Below are positions 26,778-35,659 of a stretch of 48,605 bases of DNA, one piece after another. Numbering within the stretch: position 1 is the first letter of the stretch; the number at the start of each line of letters is the position of its first letter. The DNA comes from Steroidobacteraceae bacterium. GTDB taxonomy: Bacteria; Pseudomonadota; Gammaproteobacteria; Steroidobacterales; Steroidobacteraceae. The position numbers and the translations under genes were made by a program. The notes under the pieces are model-generated. The model had not been told where the DNA came from. It ran no database searches and saw only the letters and a program-made list of their open reading frames with translations. The stretch is taken from assembly GCA_036394715.1 (NCBI GenBank), contig DASWEO010000143.1:1-48605 (forward strand), written 5' to 3'.

Positions 26778-29203
26778 ACCGGCGGCGCGCGAGCTTCCCT
26801 AAGCTCTGGCTCTGTTGCGTCGCCCTGGCGGCCGTCATCGTGGCGCGCGCGCACTACATCACCGACCTGTCGGCGTTTTTGCCCGCATCCCCCACTCCCA
26901 CGCAGCAACTTCTGGTGGACCAGCTGCGCGATGGTCCGGCCTCGCGCCTGATTCTGATTGCTATCGAAGGAGGCGACGCCGGCGCCCGGGCGCGAGTGTC
27001 TGTTGCGATGGCGGCCCGCCTGCGCCGCGACCGCCAATTCTCCAGCGTCGACAACGGCGAGCCGGTCACTGCGGAGCGCGATCGCGAGTTCCTGTTTGAA
27101 CATCGCTATCTGCTCAGCGACCAGGTGAGCGCGGCGCGCTTCTCCGAGCAGGGTCTGCATGCTGCCCTTCTGGACACGCTCGACGAGTTGGCATCGCCGG
27201 TCGGACTCATGCTCAAGCCGCTGTTGCCGAACGATCCCACGGGCGAGATGCTGCACATCATCGATCAGCTGGAGCGCACTCCCTCGCCGCCGACGAGCGA
27301 TGGAGTCTGGGTTTCGCCCGGCGGCGCGCGCGCCCTGATGGTGGCGCAGACGGCGGCCGGCGGCTCCGATACCGACGCGCAGGAGCGGGCCATCGCGGCG
27401 GTGCGCGCGGCATTCGCGGCGGCGGTGCGCGCGGCATTCGCGGCGCCGGTGCACGAATCGTCGGCGGGCCGCGCCGCAGACCTGCGCTTGAAACTGAGCG
27501 GACCGGGTGTGTTCGCCGTCGGCGCGCGCGCCAAGATCGAGCACGCCGCGGTACGTCTGTCGATCGCCAGCAGCATACTGGTCGTGACGCTGTTGTTTGC
27601 AGTGTATCGGTCGCTGCCGGCGCTCGCCTTGGGGTTGGCGCCCGTGGCAAGCGGTGCGCTGATCGGCATCGCCGCCGTCGCGCTGGGGTTCGGCGCGGTG
27701 CACGGCATCACCTTGGGGTTCGGTATTACCCTCATCGGCGAATCGGTGGACTATTCGATTTATTTTTTCGTGCAGTCGCGCCGCCTGCCGCAGAACGAGG
27801 CGCCTGCGTCGAGCTGGCAACGGGCCTGGTGGCCCACCATCCGTTTGGGGATGCTGACTTCGGTGTGCGGCTTTGCTTCGCTCCTCCCTTCCGGTTTTCC
27901 CGGACTCGCGCAACTCGGACTCTATTCGATCAGCGGTTTGATCGCGGCCGCGCTGGTGACGCGCCATGTGTTGCCCGCGCTGCTGCCGAGCGGATTCGTC
28001 ATCCACGATGTCACGCCCGTAGGGTCACGCGTCGCCCGGCTGCTGCACAGGGCACGACAGCTTCGCGGCTTGCCTCTCGCCGCCTTCAGCGTGGCGCTGG
28101 CGGCGTCGGCGCTGGCCGTATTGTGGCTGCATCACGATACGCTGTGGAATCGCGAACTCGCGGCGTTGAGCCCGGTCTCCGCGGAGGATCGAGACGCGGA
28201 CGCCAAGCTGCGCAGCGATTTGGGCGCCGCGGACGTACGCGACCTCGTGATCGTCTCCGGCCCGACGCTCGATTCCGCGCTCAGCGGTGCGGAACGCGCT
28301 GCTCGGGCGCTGGAGGCCTTGGTGGATGCCAAGGTCATCGGCGGTTTCGACAGCCCGGGGAACTACCTCCCGAGTGCGGCGACTCAGCAGGCACGCCGCG
28401 ACAGCCTGCCCGACCCATCGACGCTGCGCGAGAACTTGCGGCGGGCCACGGCAGGCGTTGGGTTGAGCAGCGACCGCCTGCAGCCGTTTTTACGCGACGC
28501 CGAAGCCGCGCGCCACGCGCCGCTCGTCACGGTGCAAGATCTGCAAGGGACTTCTCTGCGCGCCGGCGTCGACGCGTTGATCCTGCACGAGAGGGATCGC
28601 TGGAATGCGCTGCTGCCGCTGCACGCCGCCGATTCGGCGCAGGCGGTCGACACGGCCCGCGTGAGGACGGCGCTGCAGGACGCGAAACTCGAGGAGACTC
28701 GGGTGCTCGATCTCAAGCAGGAGTCCGACGCCTTGTATACCGGCTATTTGTCCGAGGCGATTCATTTGTCTCTGGGGGGCGTGCTGGCGATTCTCGCGCT
28801 GCTGATGATCACGCTGCGTTCGCCGCCGCGCGTCGCGCGTATATTGGCGCCGCTGCTGCTGGCCGTGCTCACCGTGGCCGCGGGCCTCTCGCTCTGCGGA
28901 GTGCAGCTCACCATCCTGCATTTGGTGGGCATGCTGCTCATCGTTGCCGTCGGTTCCAACTATGCATTGTTCTTTGACCGGCAGGCGAGCGTGCACCAGT
29001 CCGGCGGCGAATCGCTGACCCTCGCCTCTCTGGTCATCGCCAATGCCAGCACGGTCATCGGTTTTGGCCTGCTGTCCTTCTCGCAAGTCCCGGTGCTCGT
29101 GGCGCTGGGCACGACGGTGGCGCCGGGCGCCTTCCTGGCGCTGCTCTTCGCCGCGGTGCTCGCATCCGCCGACCCACCGGATCCCGAGACGCCGCGTGCG
29201 TAG
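26774..29203 (+). CDS. MMPL/RND-superfamily exporter
   Basis: 809 aa. Two blocks of about 6 TM each, each preceded by a large soluble loop. LGFGITLIGESVDYSIYFF. ATGA overlap with the LolA-like gene. Confidence 0.85.
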   Translation: MNRRRASFPKLWLCCVALAAVIVARAHYITDLSAFLPASPTPTQQLLVDQLRDGPASRLILIAIEGGDAGARARVSVAMAARLRRDRQFSSVDNGEPVTAERDREFLFEHRYLLSDQVSAARFSEQGLHAALLDTLDELASPVGLMLKPLLPNDPTGEMLHIIDQLERTPSPPTSDGVWVSPGGARALMVAQTAAGGSDTDAQERAIAAVRAAFAAAVRAAFAAPVHESSAGRAADLRLKLSGPGVFAVGARAKIEHAAVRLSIASSILVVTLLFAVYRSLPALALGLAPVASGALIGIAAVALGFGAVHGITLGFGITLIGESVDYSIYFFVQSRRLPQNEAPASSWQRAWWPTIRLGMLTSVCGFASLLPSGFPGLAQLGLYSISGLIAAALVTRHVLPALLPSGFVIHDVTPVGSRVARLLHRARQLRGLPLAAFSVALAASALAVLWLHHDTLWNRELAALSPVSAEDRDADAKLRSDLGAADVRDLVIVSGPTLDSALSGAERAARALEALVDAKVIGGFDSPGNYLPSAATQQARRDSLPDPSTLRENLRRATAGVGLSSDRLQPFLRDAEAARHAPLVTVQDLQGTSLRAGVDALILHERDRWNALLPLHAADSAQAVDTARVRTALQDAKLEETRVLDLKQESDALYTGYLSEAIHLSLGGVLAILALLMITLRSPPRVARILAPLLLAVLTVAAGLSLCGVQLTILHLVGMLLIVAVGSNYALFFDRQASVHQSGGESLTLASLVIANASTVIGFGLLSFSQVPVLVALGTTVAPGAFLALLFAAVLASADPPDPETPRA
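27395..27442 (+). repeat. perfect in-frame 24-bp tandem duplication inside the MMPL gene
   Basis: GCGGTGCGCGCGGCATTCGCGGCG x2 (27395-27418 and 27419-27442), encoding AVRAAFAA-AVRAAFAA in the first large loop. Confidence 0.95.
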
Positions 29204-29837
29204 TATTTCCGTGCCCGCACTGTCGACGGCCGCGGCACCCACGCGCGTGGTGTGGCTGCCCGGCGCCTACCATGCCGCTCGGGATTTCTTGACCGCCGGC
29301 TTTGCGGAGGCGGTGCGCATGCGGCGGATCGCCCTCGATCTCACTTTCGTGGACATGGAGATGGCGCACGTGGGCGATCGCAGCGCGCTGCAACGGTTGC
29401 GATCCGACATCGTGTTACCGGCGCGCGCGGCGGGTGTGTCGATCTGGCTGGGCGGAATCTCCCTTGGCGGCCTGTTTGCGCTGGACTACGCCGCCTCGCA
29501 TCCCGATGAACTCGATGGGCTGTGCCTGCTTGCTCCGTATCTCGGCAATCGGATGCTGACCGCTGAAATCGCTCAGGCGGCCGGAGTTGCGGCATGGCAG
29601 CCGGGCGAACTTGCGGAAACCGACGAAGAACGCCGAATATGGCGCTACATCAAAAGCCGCCATGCGGATTCACGGCCGCTGTACCTCGGATTCGGCCGGG
29701 GAGACCGCTTTGCGGCGGCGCATGAGCTGCTGGCGGCAACGCTGCCGGCCGACTCGGTCCATGTGATCGGCGGCGGTCATGAGTGGTCCACTTGGATTCG
29801 GCTTTGGGAGAATTTCTTGGAATCGCGCTTCACATGA
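29196..29837 (+). CDS. alpha/beta-fold hydrolase (esterase/thioesterase-like)
   Basis: Nucleophile elbow GISLGG and C-terminal GGGHEW (His). Start uncertain: GTG 29196 (8-nt overlap with the MMPL gene) or GTG 29211. Confidence 0.7.
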   Translation: MRSISVPALSTAAAPTRVVWLPGAYHAARDFLTAGFAEAVRMRRIALDLTFVDMEMAHVGDRSALQRLRSDIVLPARAAGVSIWLGGISLGGLFALDYAASHPDELDGLCLLAPYLGNRMLTAEIAQAAGVAAWQPGELAETDEERRIWRYIKSRHADSRPLYLGFGRGDRFAAAHELLAATLPADSVHVIGGGHEWSTWIRLWENFLESRFT

Positions 29838-30694
29838 AGGGACAAGGCAGGCCCCAACAGGATGCCGGGGAGCTCGGCGCTAATGGGCAGGAGGGCGCCG
29901 CGCGGCGCTGGTCGCCGCCGCCGCTATTGTATGCGTCCGCCGCCGTGCACCTGGGTGCGGCTGCCGCGGCGCTGGCGCGCCCGCGCCTGTGGCCCTGGGC
30001 GCTCGGGGCCCTGGCCGCGAACCATGTTGCCCTGGCCGCGGCCGGGCTTTGGCCGCGCAGCCAGCTGCTGGGAGCCAACTGGGTCCGCTTGCCCGCCCGC
30101 AACGGCGTCGCGACGGGCGTCGCCATCACCATCGACGACGGACCGGACCCCGATGTCACTCCGCAGGTTCTGTCGCAGCTCGCCGAGCACCGAGCGCTCG
30201 CCACCTTCTTTTGCGTGGGTGCGCGCGTCGAGCGTTATGCAGACCTCGCGCGGGAAATCGTGCGCCGCGGTCACGCCATCGAGAATCACAGCCAGCGGCA
30301 CCGGCACAACTTCTCCCTGCTGGGGCCCGGCGGCATGAGCGCGGAGATTTCGCGCGCCCAGGACAGCATCCTCGGAGTGACCGGCTCGAGGCCGCGGTTC
30401 TTTCGTGCGCCGGCGGGGCTGCGCAATCCGTTTCTCGACCCCGTGCTCACCCGCCTGCAGCTGCGCCTTGCCAGCTGGACGCGCCGCGGCTTCGACACCG
30501 TCAATACGAACCCGGATGCCGTGTACCGGCGCCTGGCGAATCCGCTGCAGGACGGCGACATCTTGCTGCTGCACGATGGCAATGCGGCACGCGGCCGCGG
30601 CGGCAAGCCGGTGATCCTGGAGGTCCTGCCGCGGCTGCTCGACGCCCTGGCGTCGATTGAGCTGCGGCCCGTCACCTTGCGCTCCGCGCTGTAA
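29834..30694 (+). CDS. membrane-anchored polysaccharide deacetylase (NodB / CE4 family)
   Basis: NodB motifs TIDDGPDP, HSQRHRH, RFFRAPAG, LLLHDG. Hydrophobic stretch of about 45 aa in the N-terminal region. ATGA overlap with the hydrolase stop. Confidence 0.85.
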   Translation: MKGQGRPQQDAGELGANGQEGAARRWSPPPLLYASAAVHLGAAAAALARPRLWPWALGALAANHVALAAAGLWPRSQLLGANWVRLPARNGVATGVAITIDDGPDPDVTPQVLSQLAEHRALATFFCVGARVERYADLAREIVRRGHAIENHSQRHRHNFSLLGPGGMSAEISRAQDSILGVTGSRPRFFRAPAGLRNPFLDPVLTRLQLRLASWTRRGFDTVNTNPDAVYRRLANPLQDGDILLLHDGNAARGRGGKPVILEVLPRLLDALASIELRPVTLRSAL

Positions 30695-30703
30695 GCTATC
30701 CCC

Positions 30704-31897
30704 ATGAGACCGCTGCTCTTCAAGAACTTTACCGCGACCAGTTGCATCGGCAAGGGCGTTGCGGCGACCCTCGAGAGCCTGCTCGAGCAGCGCAGCGGCC
30801 TCAGGAACTGCGAATTCGAGACCGTGGATATCGAGACCCACATTGGCGAAGTGGCCGGCGTGGACGATGCACGGCTGCCGGACCATTTGTACAAGTTCGA
30901 CTGCCGAAACAACCGGCTCGCCGAACTCGCTCTGCAAGAGGACGGCTTCTTCGAGACGGTGCAGCAAGCGGCCGAGCGGTGGGGACGGCGGCGTGTCGGT
31001 GTGTTCCTGGGAACCAGCACGGCGGGCATTCTGCAGACCGAGCTCGCCTATCGCGAGCGCGATCCCGTCAGCGGCGCGCTGCCGCCGAGCTTCGAGTACG
31101 GTTCGACTCACAACTCGTTTTCCGTGGCCGATTACCTTCGCCGGCGATGCCGCTTGGAAGGGCCGGCCGTCGCGGTTTCCTGCGCATGCGCCTCCAGCGC
31201 CAAGGTGTTCGGCTCTGCGCGGCGGATGATCGAAGCGGGACTCATCGATGCGGCTCTGGTGGGCGGAGTGGATTCGCTGTGTCTCACGACCCTGTATGGC
31301 TTTCACTCCCTGCAGCTCACCTCGCCGACGCCATGCCGGCCATTCGACGTTGCGCGCGATGGCATCTCCATCGGCGAGGCGGCGGCATTCGCGCTTCTGG
31401 AGCGCGTGCCGGCCGGCTCGGACGGCGGCGACGTGCTGCTGCTCGGCATCGGCGAATCGAGCGATGCCTACCATATGTCGGCGCCGCACCCCGAGGGTCT
31501 CGGTGCGCGCCGCGCGATGCAGGCCGCGCTCGCGGCCGCTGCGCTCGAGCCCGGCGACATCGATTACATCAATCTGCACGGTACCGGAACCCCCAGCAAC
31601 GATCGCTCGGAAAGTCAGGCGGTCACCAGCGTATTCGGCCCGACCACGCCTTGCAGTTCGACCAAGGGTGCCACGGGCCATACTCTGGGCGCGGCGGGTG
31701 CGCTCGAGGCCGTGATCAGCGCCCTGGCCGTCAAGAATGGGTTGATGCCGGGCGGGGTCCACACGAGCAAGATCGATCCGACTCTGACGGCGCACTACAT
31801 CAGGGACAATCGCCGCGCCCCGGTGGCGCGCGTGCTCTCCAATTCGTTTGGTTTCGGCGGCTCGAACTGCAGCCTGATTTTGGGTCGAGCAGGATGA
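30704..31897 (+). CDS. beta-ketoacyl-ACP synthase (KS, FabF/FabB-like; ApeO-like)
   Basis: Cys-His-His triad context ACASSAKVF, NLHGTGTPSND, KGATGHTLGAAG, and C-terminal NSFGFGGSNCSL. Confidence 0.92.
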   Translation: MRPLLFKNFTATSCIGKGVAATLESLLEQRSGLRNCEFETVDIETHIGEVAGVDDARLPDHLYKFDCRNNRLAELALQEDGFFETVQQAAERWGRRRVGVFLGTSTAGILQTELAYRERDPVSGALPPSFEYGSTHNSFSVADYLRRRCRLEGPAVAVSCACASSAKVFGSARRMIEAGLIDAALVGGVDSLCLTTLYGFHSLQLTSPTPCRPFDVARDGISIGEAAAFALLERVPAGSDGGDVLLLGIGESSDAYHMSAPHPEGLGARRAMQAALAAAALEPGDIDYINLHGTGTPSNDRSESQAVTSVFGPTTPCSSTKGATGHTLGAAGALEAVISALAVKNGLMPGGVHTSKIDPTLTAHYIRDNRRAPVARVLSNSFGFGGSNCSLILGRAG

Positions 31898-32691
31898 CGC
31901 TGTCAGCCTATGTCAGCGGCCTCGGAGTCCTGGGGCCGGGCCTGTCCAATTGGCCCGAGGCGGCGGCCGTACTGTCCGGGCAGCGGGCGTATCGGCCCGC
32001 GGCCGCGGTCCTGCCGATGCCGGCGATCTTGGCGGCCGCCGAGCGGCGGCGCATCGGCCGCGTCGTCAAGCTGGCATTGGCCATCGCGCTGGAAGCCACG
32101 TCGCAGGCGGGTGAGGATCCCGCGGAACTCGCCAGCGTGTTCTCTTCTTCCGGCGGGGACGGGCACAACTGTCATGAACTCTGCCAAGCCCTGTCGCTCG
32201 CAGGCCGCGAGATTTCGCCGACGCGCTTTGCCAACTCGGTGCACAACGCGGCCGCGGGCTATTGGAGCATCGGCACGGGCGCCACGGCAGAGTCGAATGT
32301 GCTCTGCGCATTCGACGCGAGCTTCACCGCGGGTCTGCTGGAAGCGTTGACCCAGGTCGTGGTCGATCAGGTGCCCGTTCTGCTGGTTGCGTATGACAGC
32401 GAATACCCGCAGCCGCTGCACGCCAAGCGGCCGATCCCCGATACCTTCGGCGTCGCCATGGTGCTGACGCCGCAAAGACGCGTCCCGTCGTTCGCGAGAG
32501 TGGACGCGGCGCTCAGCGACTTGGAGTGCGATCGATTCGCGGACCCGGACTTGGAGGCGTTGCGCTGCGCGTTTCCCGCGGCCCGCGCACTGCCGCTGCT
32601 CCGCCTGCTGGCGGCGCGAACCGGCGGAACGGCGACTCTCGAGTATCTCGACGTATCACGCCTGGAAGTGCGAATCGAACCATGCGCCTAG
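31894..32691 (+). CDS. beta-ketoacyl synthase chain-length-factor-like protein (ApeC-like, no active-site Cys)
   Basis: 265 aa. KS N-terminal-like fold with ANSVHNAAAGYWSIG but lacking the Cys-His-His triad. ATGA overlap with the KS gene. The track ORF from 30742 is an alternative-frame extension. Confidence 0.8.
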   Translation: MTLSAYVSGLGVLGPGLSNWPEAAAVLSGQRAYRPAAAVLPMPAILAAAERRRIGRVVKLALAIALEATSQAGEDPAELASVFSSSGGDGHNCHELCQALSLAGREISPTRFANSVHNAAAGYWSIGTGATAESNVLCAFDASFTAGLLEALTQVVVDQVPVLLVAYDSEYPQPLHAKRPIPDTFGVAMVLTPQRRVPSFARVDAALSDLECDRFADPDLEALRCAFPAARALPLLRLLAARTGGTATLEYLDVSRLEVRIEPCA

Positions 32692-33167
32692 ACCGCCCCT
32701 GGATCGAAAGAAATATTCCCCACCACGGCCGCATGTGCCTCCTCGATGAGGTCATGGAATGGGATGCGCAACATATCCGCTGCCGCAGCGGCAGTCACCG
32801 CCTGCCCGACCATCCGCTGCGCTCGCAGGGCCGCTTGGGAGTAGCCTGCGGAATCGAATACGCGGCGCAGGCCATGGCAGTGCACGGCGCGCTCGCCGGC
32901 GGCGCTCTGGCGGACGCCGCCAAAGGTCGCTCTGAAGTGGGGTTTCTCGCCGGTCTACGGGATGTGCGGCTGCACGTTCTGCGGCTCGACGACATCGAAT
33001 CCGATCTGATCTGCGACGCCTTGCTCGTCGCCGGAGATCAGGGCAGCGCGCTGTACGAATTTGCGATACGGTCCGAAGCAGAGCGGCAGCGGCTCTTGAG
33101 CGGCCGCGCGACGGTGGTGTTCGATGCCAACGAAGGCTTCAGATCGAACGAACGGCTAAAAACATGA
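32682..33167 (+). CDS. hotdog-fold dehydratase (ApeP-like)
   Basis: Start MRLDRPWIERNIPHHGRMCLLDEV. 10-nt overlap with the CLF gene. Confidence 0.8.
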   Translation: MRLDRPWIERNIPHHGRMCLLDEVMEWDAQHIRCRSGSHRLPDHPLRSQGRLGVACGIEYAAQAMAVHGALAGGALADAAKGRSEVGFLAGLRDVRLHVLRLDDIESDLICDALLVAGDQGSALYEFAIRSEAERQRLLSGRATVVFDANEGFRSNERLKT

Positions 33168-33898
33168 ACAAAGCGACTCGGGCCTTGGTCACGGGCGGCA
33201 GCGGCGGCATCGGATCCGCCATCTGCCGGCGCCTCGGCGTCGCCGGTCACTTCGTGTATGTACATGCGCATCGCAGCGTTGCGGCCGCGGATGCAATCGT
33301 CAGCGAGATCGTGACCGCCGGCGGCCGGGCGGCCGCGGTTCATTTTGACTTGACCGACGCGGATGCGACGCGCGCAGCAATGGAGAAATTGCTGGAGGAC
33401 GGTGCGGTACAGGTTCTGGTGAACAATGCCGGCATCCATGACGATGCCGTATTCCCGGGAATGAGCCCCACGCAGTGGCGCCGCGTGATCGACTTGTCCG
33501 TCAACGGATTCTACAACGTGACGCAACCATTGATGCTGCCCATGATTCGCACTCGCTGGGGCCGGATCATCAATTTATCATCGGTGGCCGCGCTGATCGG
33601 CAACCGCGGCCAAGTGAACTATGCGGCGGCCAAGGGCGCACTGAACGGCGCCACCAAGGCGTTGAGTTTGGAAGTGGCGAGCCGGGGCATTACCGTCAAC
33701 GCGGTGGCTCCGGGGATCATCTCGACCCGAATGGGCGACGCCGCCTTCGATGCCGCCGCCATCGCCGATATCGTGCCCATGAAGCGCGCCGGAAGCCCGG
33801 AAGAAGTGGCGAGCCTGGTGGCCTTCCTCGCCTCGGAGGAAGCCGCGTATATCACCGGCCAGGTCATTTCCATCAACGGCGGGATGGTCTCCGGTTGA
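33164..33898 (+). CDS. fabG: 3-oxoacyl-ACP reductase (SDR, FabG/ApeQ-like)
   Basis: TGGSGGIGSAI, NNAG, and YAAAK (YxxxK). ATGA overlap with the dehydratase gene. Confidence 0.92.
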   Translation: MNKATRALVTGGSGGIGSAICRRLGVAGHFVYVHAHRSVAAADAIVSEIVTAGGRAAAVHFDLTDADATRAAMEKLLEDGAVQVLVNNAGIHDDAVFPGMSPTQWRRVIDLSVNGFYNVTQPLMLPMIRTRWGRIINLSSVAALIGNRGQVNYAAAKGALNGATKALSLEVASRGITVNAVAPGIISTRMGDAAFDAAAIADIVPMKRAGSPEEVASLVAFLASEEAAYITGQVISINGGMVSG

Positions 33899-34011
33899 AT
33901 ATCCCGGGCGCCGCCGTACGTCCGCGGAGCCGTTGACGATTCTGTCGAACCTTGGACTCGTGGTGTCGATGCTTCAATCGGACTTGAATTCGATTTCGCC
34001 ATCTCACACCG

Positions 34012-35646
34012 TCAGGCGTAGGCATCGACGGCGCCGCTCGAGATGCGCGCCAGCGAACTCGCGGTTGATTGCACCGCCGCGGCGGACGGGCTGCGGCTCG
34101 CGGAGGGCATCGATTCATAGGGCTGCGAATAGGCGGAGCGATCCTGATAGGAGCGCTGCGAGATGTCGACGCTGACCTGGCCGAACCCTTGAGCCCCCAG
34201 CATTTCGCGCAGCTTCGACGAACTCGACTCCAACGCATCGCGCGTCACGGCGCTATGACTGGCGAGCCAGACCTGCGCGTGACTGCCCTGCACTGCGATT
34301 CGCACCTCGATGGGCCCGAGCTGCGGCGGATTCACCTGCAGCTTCGCGCCGTTCAGATTGTTGTCGACCATCCAGGACACGCGGTCCGCAAGACCATGCC
34401 CGAACTCCGGCGTTTCCACTCCCGCAGCGACCTTCAGAGCCGGCGGCGCGGTCGTCGCGTCGGCGACGGCGGTGGGATTGACGCCCAGTTGTGCTGCGCC
34501 GGCGGCGGAACCGTCGACTGACGTACCCGACAGCAGCGAATCGCCGGTCCCGCCGGACGCACGCTTGTCCGCTGCGCCGGCGCCGGCGAGCGCAGTGCCC
34601 GCCGGGGCCGCTGCCGCGGCTTTCGCCGACACTTCCGTCGCCGGCCGGGCAGCGGAAATCACCGGCGCCGGAACCGGCACCAGCACCGGCGGGCCATTGG
34701 GCCCCGCGGGACCCGAGGACTTGGCGGCTGTGGCGGGCGTGGCCGATTCATTCGTCGGCAACGCTGACAAATCGGCACCGCCCGCCGTACCGGTGTCGCC
34801 TGGGCCGACCGTACCGGTCGTGGCAGCCGACATGGCGGCCGCGGTGACCGCTTGCGCATTCGCGTCGGTGTTGGTCGAGGCGCCGGTACTCGTCGATGGG
34901 TTCGTCGATGAGGGGGTCGCTGGGGGCGCGCTGCCATCGGCGGCGCGGCTGGCGGGGGTGGGGCGGGAGGCCGCCGAGTCGATTGCCGCCGTGGTCGCCA
35001 CCGTAGCCGGTTTGTTGGCGGCGCCTGCCGCCGTACCTGCCGCGGCTCGAGCCTGCGTTGTCGAGGCCACGGCAACAGCCGCCCTTGCGGCGCCTTTCGC
35101 CGGCGCGGCATCTCCGGGCACGGCGACTGCCGTCGCGCTGCTGGGAGCAGCTGCGCGGTCTCCGCCGGGCGCGCCCGCCTCGCCGGCATGCTCGACCGGC
35201 AACCCGAGAGCAAGGCCGAATCCCGCCCCCGGACTGGTTGTGCCCTGGGCGCCGGGCGCCGCAACCGGTGAGTCGACCGGCGCGGCCCCGGAGCTCTGAT
35301 CGGCAGCCACAGCTTGCGCGCCCAAGATCGACGCGGCCGGCGGCCCGGCGGCCGTCAAGGCGTCGGCCGCGGGCGCGGCGCTGCCTGTCGTCAAGGGCGG
35401 CGCCGGGGGCGGCGCCGGAGGCGGCGAAAGATTGCCAGCCGCCGGCAAATGCCCGCCGACGGTGCCGGCATCGGCCGCTTTAGCCCCTGCCGCCTTGCGG
35501 ACCGGCTTGGGGCCCGCGCTGCTGAGCGCCGCGGCAAAGTCCTGGCCTTTGCCGCCGGAATTCATGGAATTGGCCGCCCCCGCGGCGCTGGGCTGCGCCG
35601 GGTCGGACGCGATGGGGGTTTGCGATACCGGTAGTGTTGCATTCAT
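34012..35646 (-). CDS. fliK: flagellar hook-length control protein FliK
   Basis: Ala/Pro/Thr-rich ruler region. C-terminal Flg_hook domain VSWMVDNNLNGAKLQVNPPQLGPIEVRIAVQGSHAQVWLASHSAVTRDALE. Start uncertain: ATG 35646 or ATG 35565. Confidence 0.88.
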   Translation of the reverse strand: MNATLPVSQTPIASDPAQPSAAGAANSMNSGGKGQDFAAALSSAGPKPVRKAAGAKAADAGTVGGHLPAAGNLSPPPAPPPAPPLTTGSAAPAADALTAAGPPAASILGAQAVAADQSSGAAPVDSPVAAPGAQGTTSPGAGFGLALGLPVEHAGEAGAPGGDRAAAPSSATAVAVPGDAAPAKGAARAAVAVASTTQARAAAGTAAGAANKPATVATTAAIDSAASRPTPASRAADGSAPPATPSSTNPSTSTGASTNTDANAQAVTAAAMSAATTGTVGPGDTGTAGGADLSALPTNESATPATAAKSSGPAGPNGPPVLVPVPAPVISAARPATEVSAKAAAAAPAGTALAGAGAADKRASGGTGDSLLSGTSVDGSAAGAAQLGVNPTAVADATTAPPALKVAAGVETPEFGHGLADRVSWMVDNNLNGAKLQVNPPQLGPIEVRIAVQGSHAQVWLASHSAVTRDALESSSSKLREMLGAQGFGQVSVDISQRSYQDRSAYSQPYESMPSASRSPSAAAVQSTASSLARISSGAVDAYA

Positions 35647-35659
35647 ATCACTAGGAATA

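Noticed and set aside
29924-31795. 623-aa minus-strand ORF
   Set aside because: It is antisense to the NodB deacetylase and KS genes, which carry complete catalytic motifs. Its product is an Arg/Ala/Gly-rich artefact. The same holds for 26651-28006 and 28490-29242 (antisense to the MMPL gene).
34400-35500. Repetitive Ala/Pro/Thr/Gly-rich DNA that might be mistaken for a tandem-repeat or CRISPR-like array
   Set aside because: There is no regular repeat-spacer periodicity. It is the low-complexity ruler region of FliK, in frame with the conserved C-terminal hook-length control domain.
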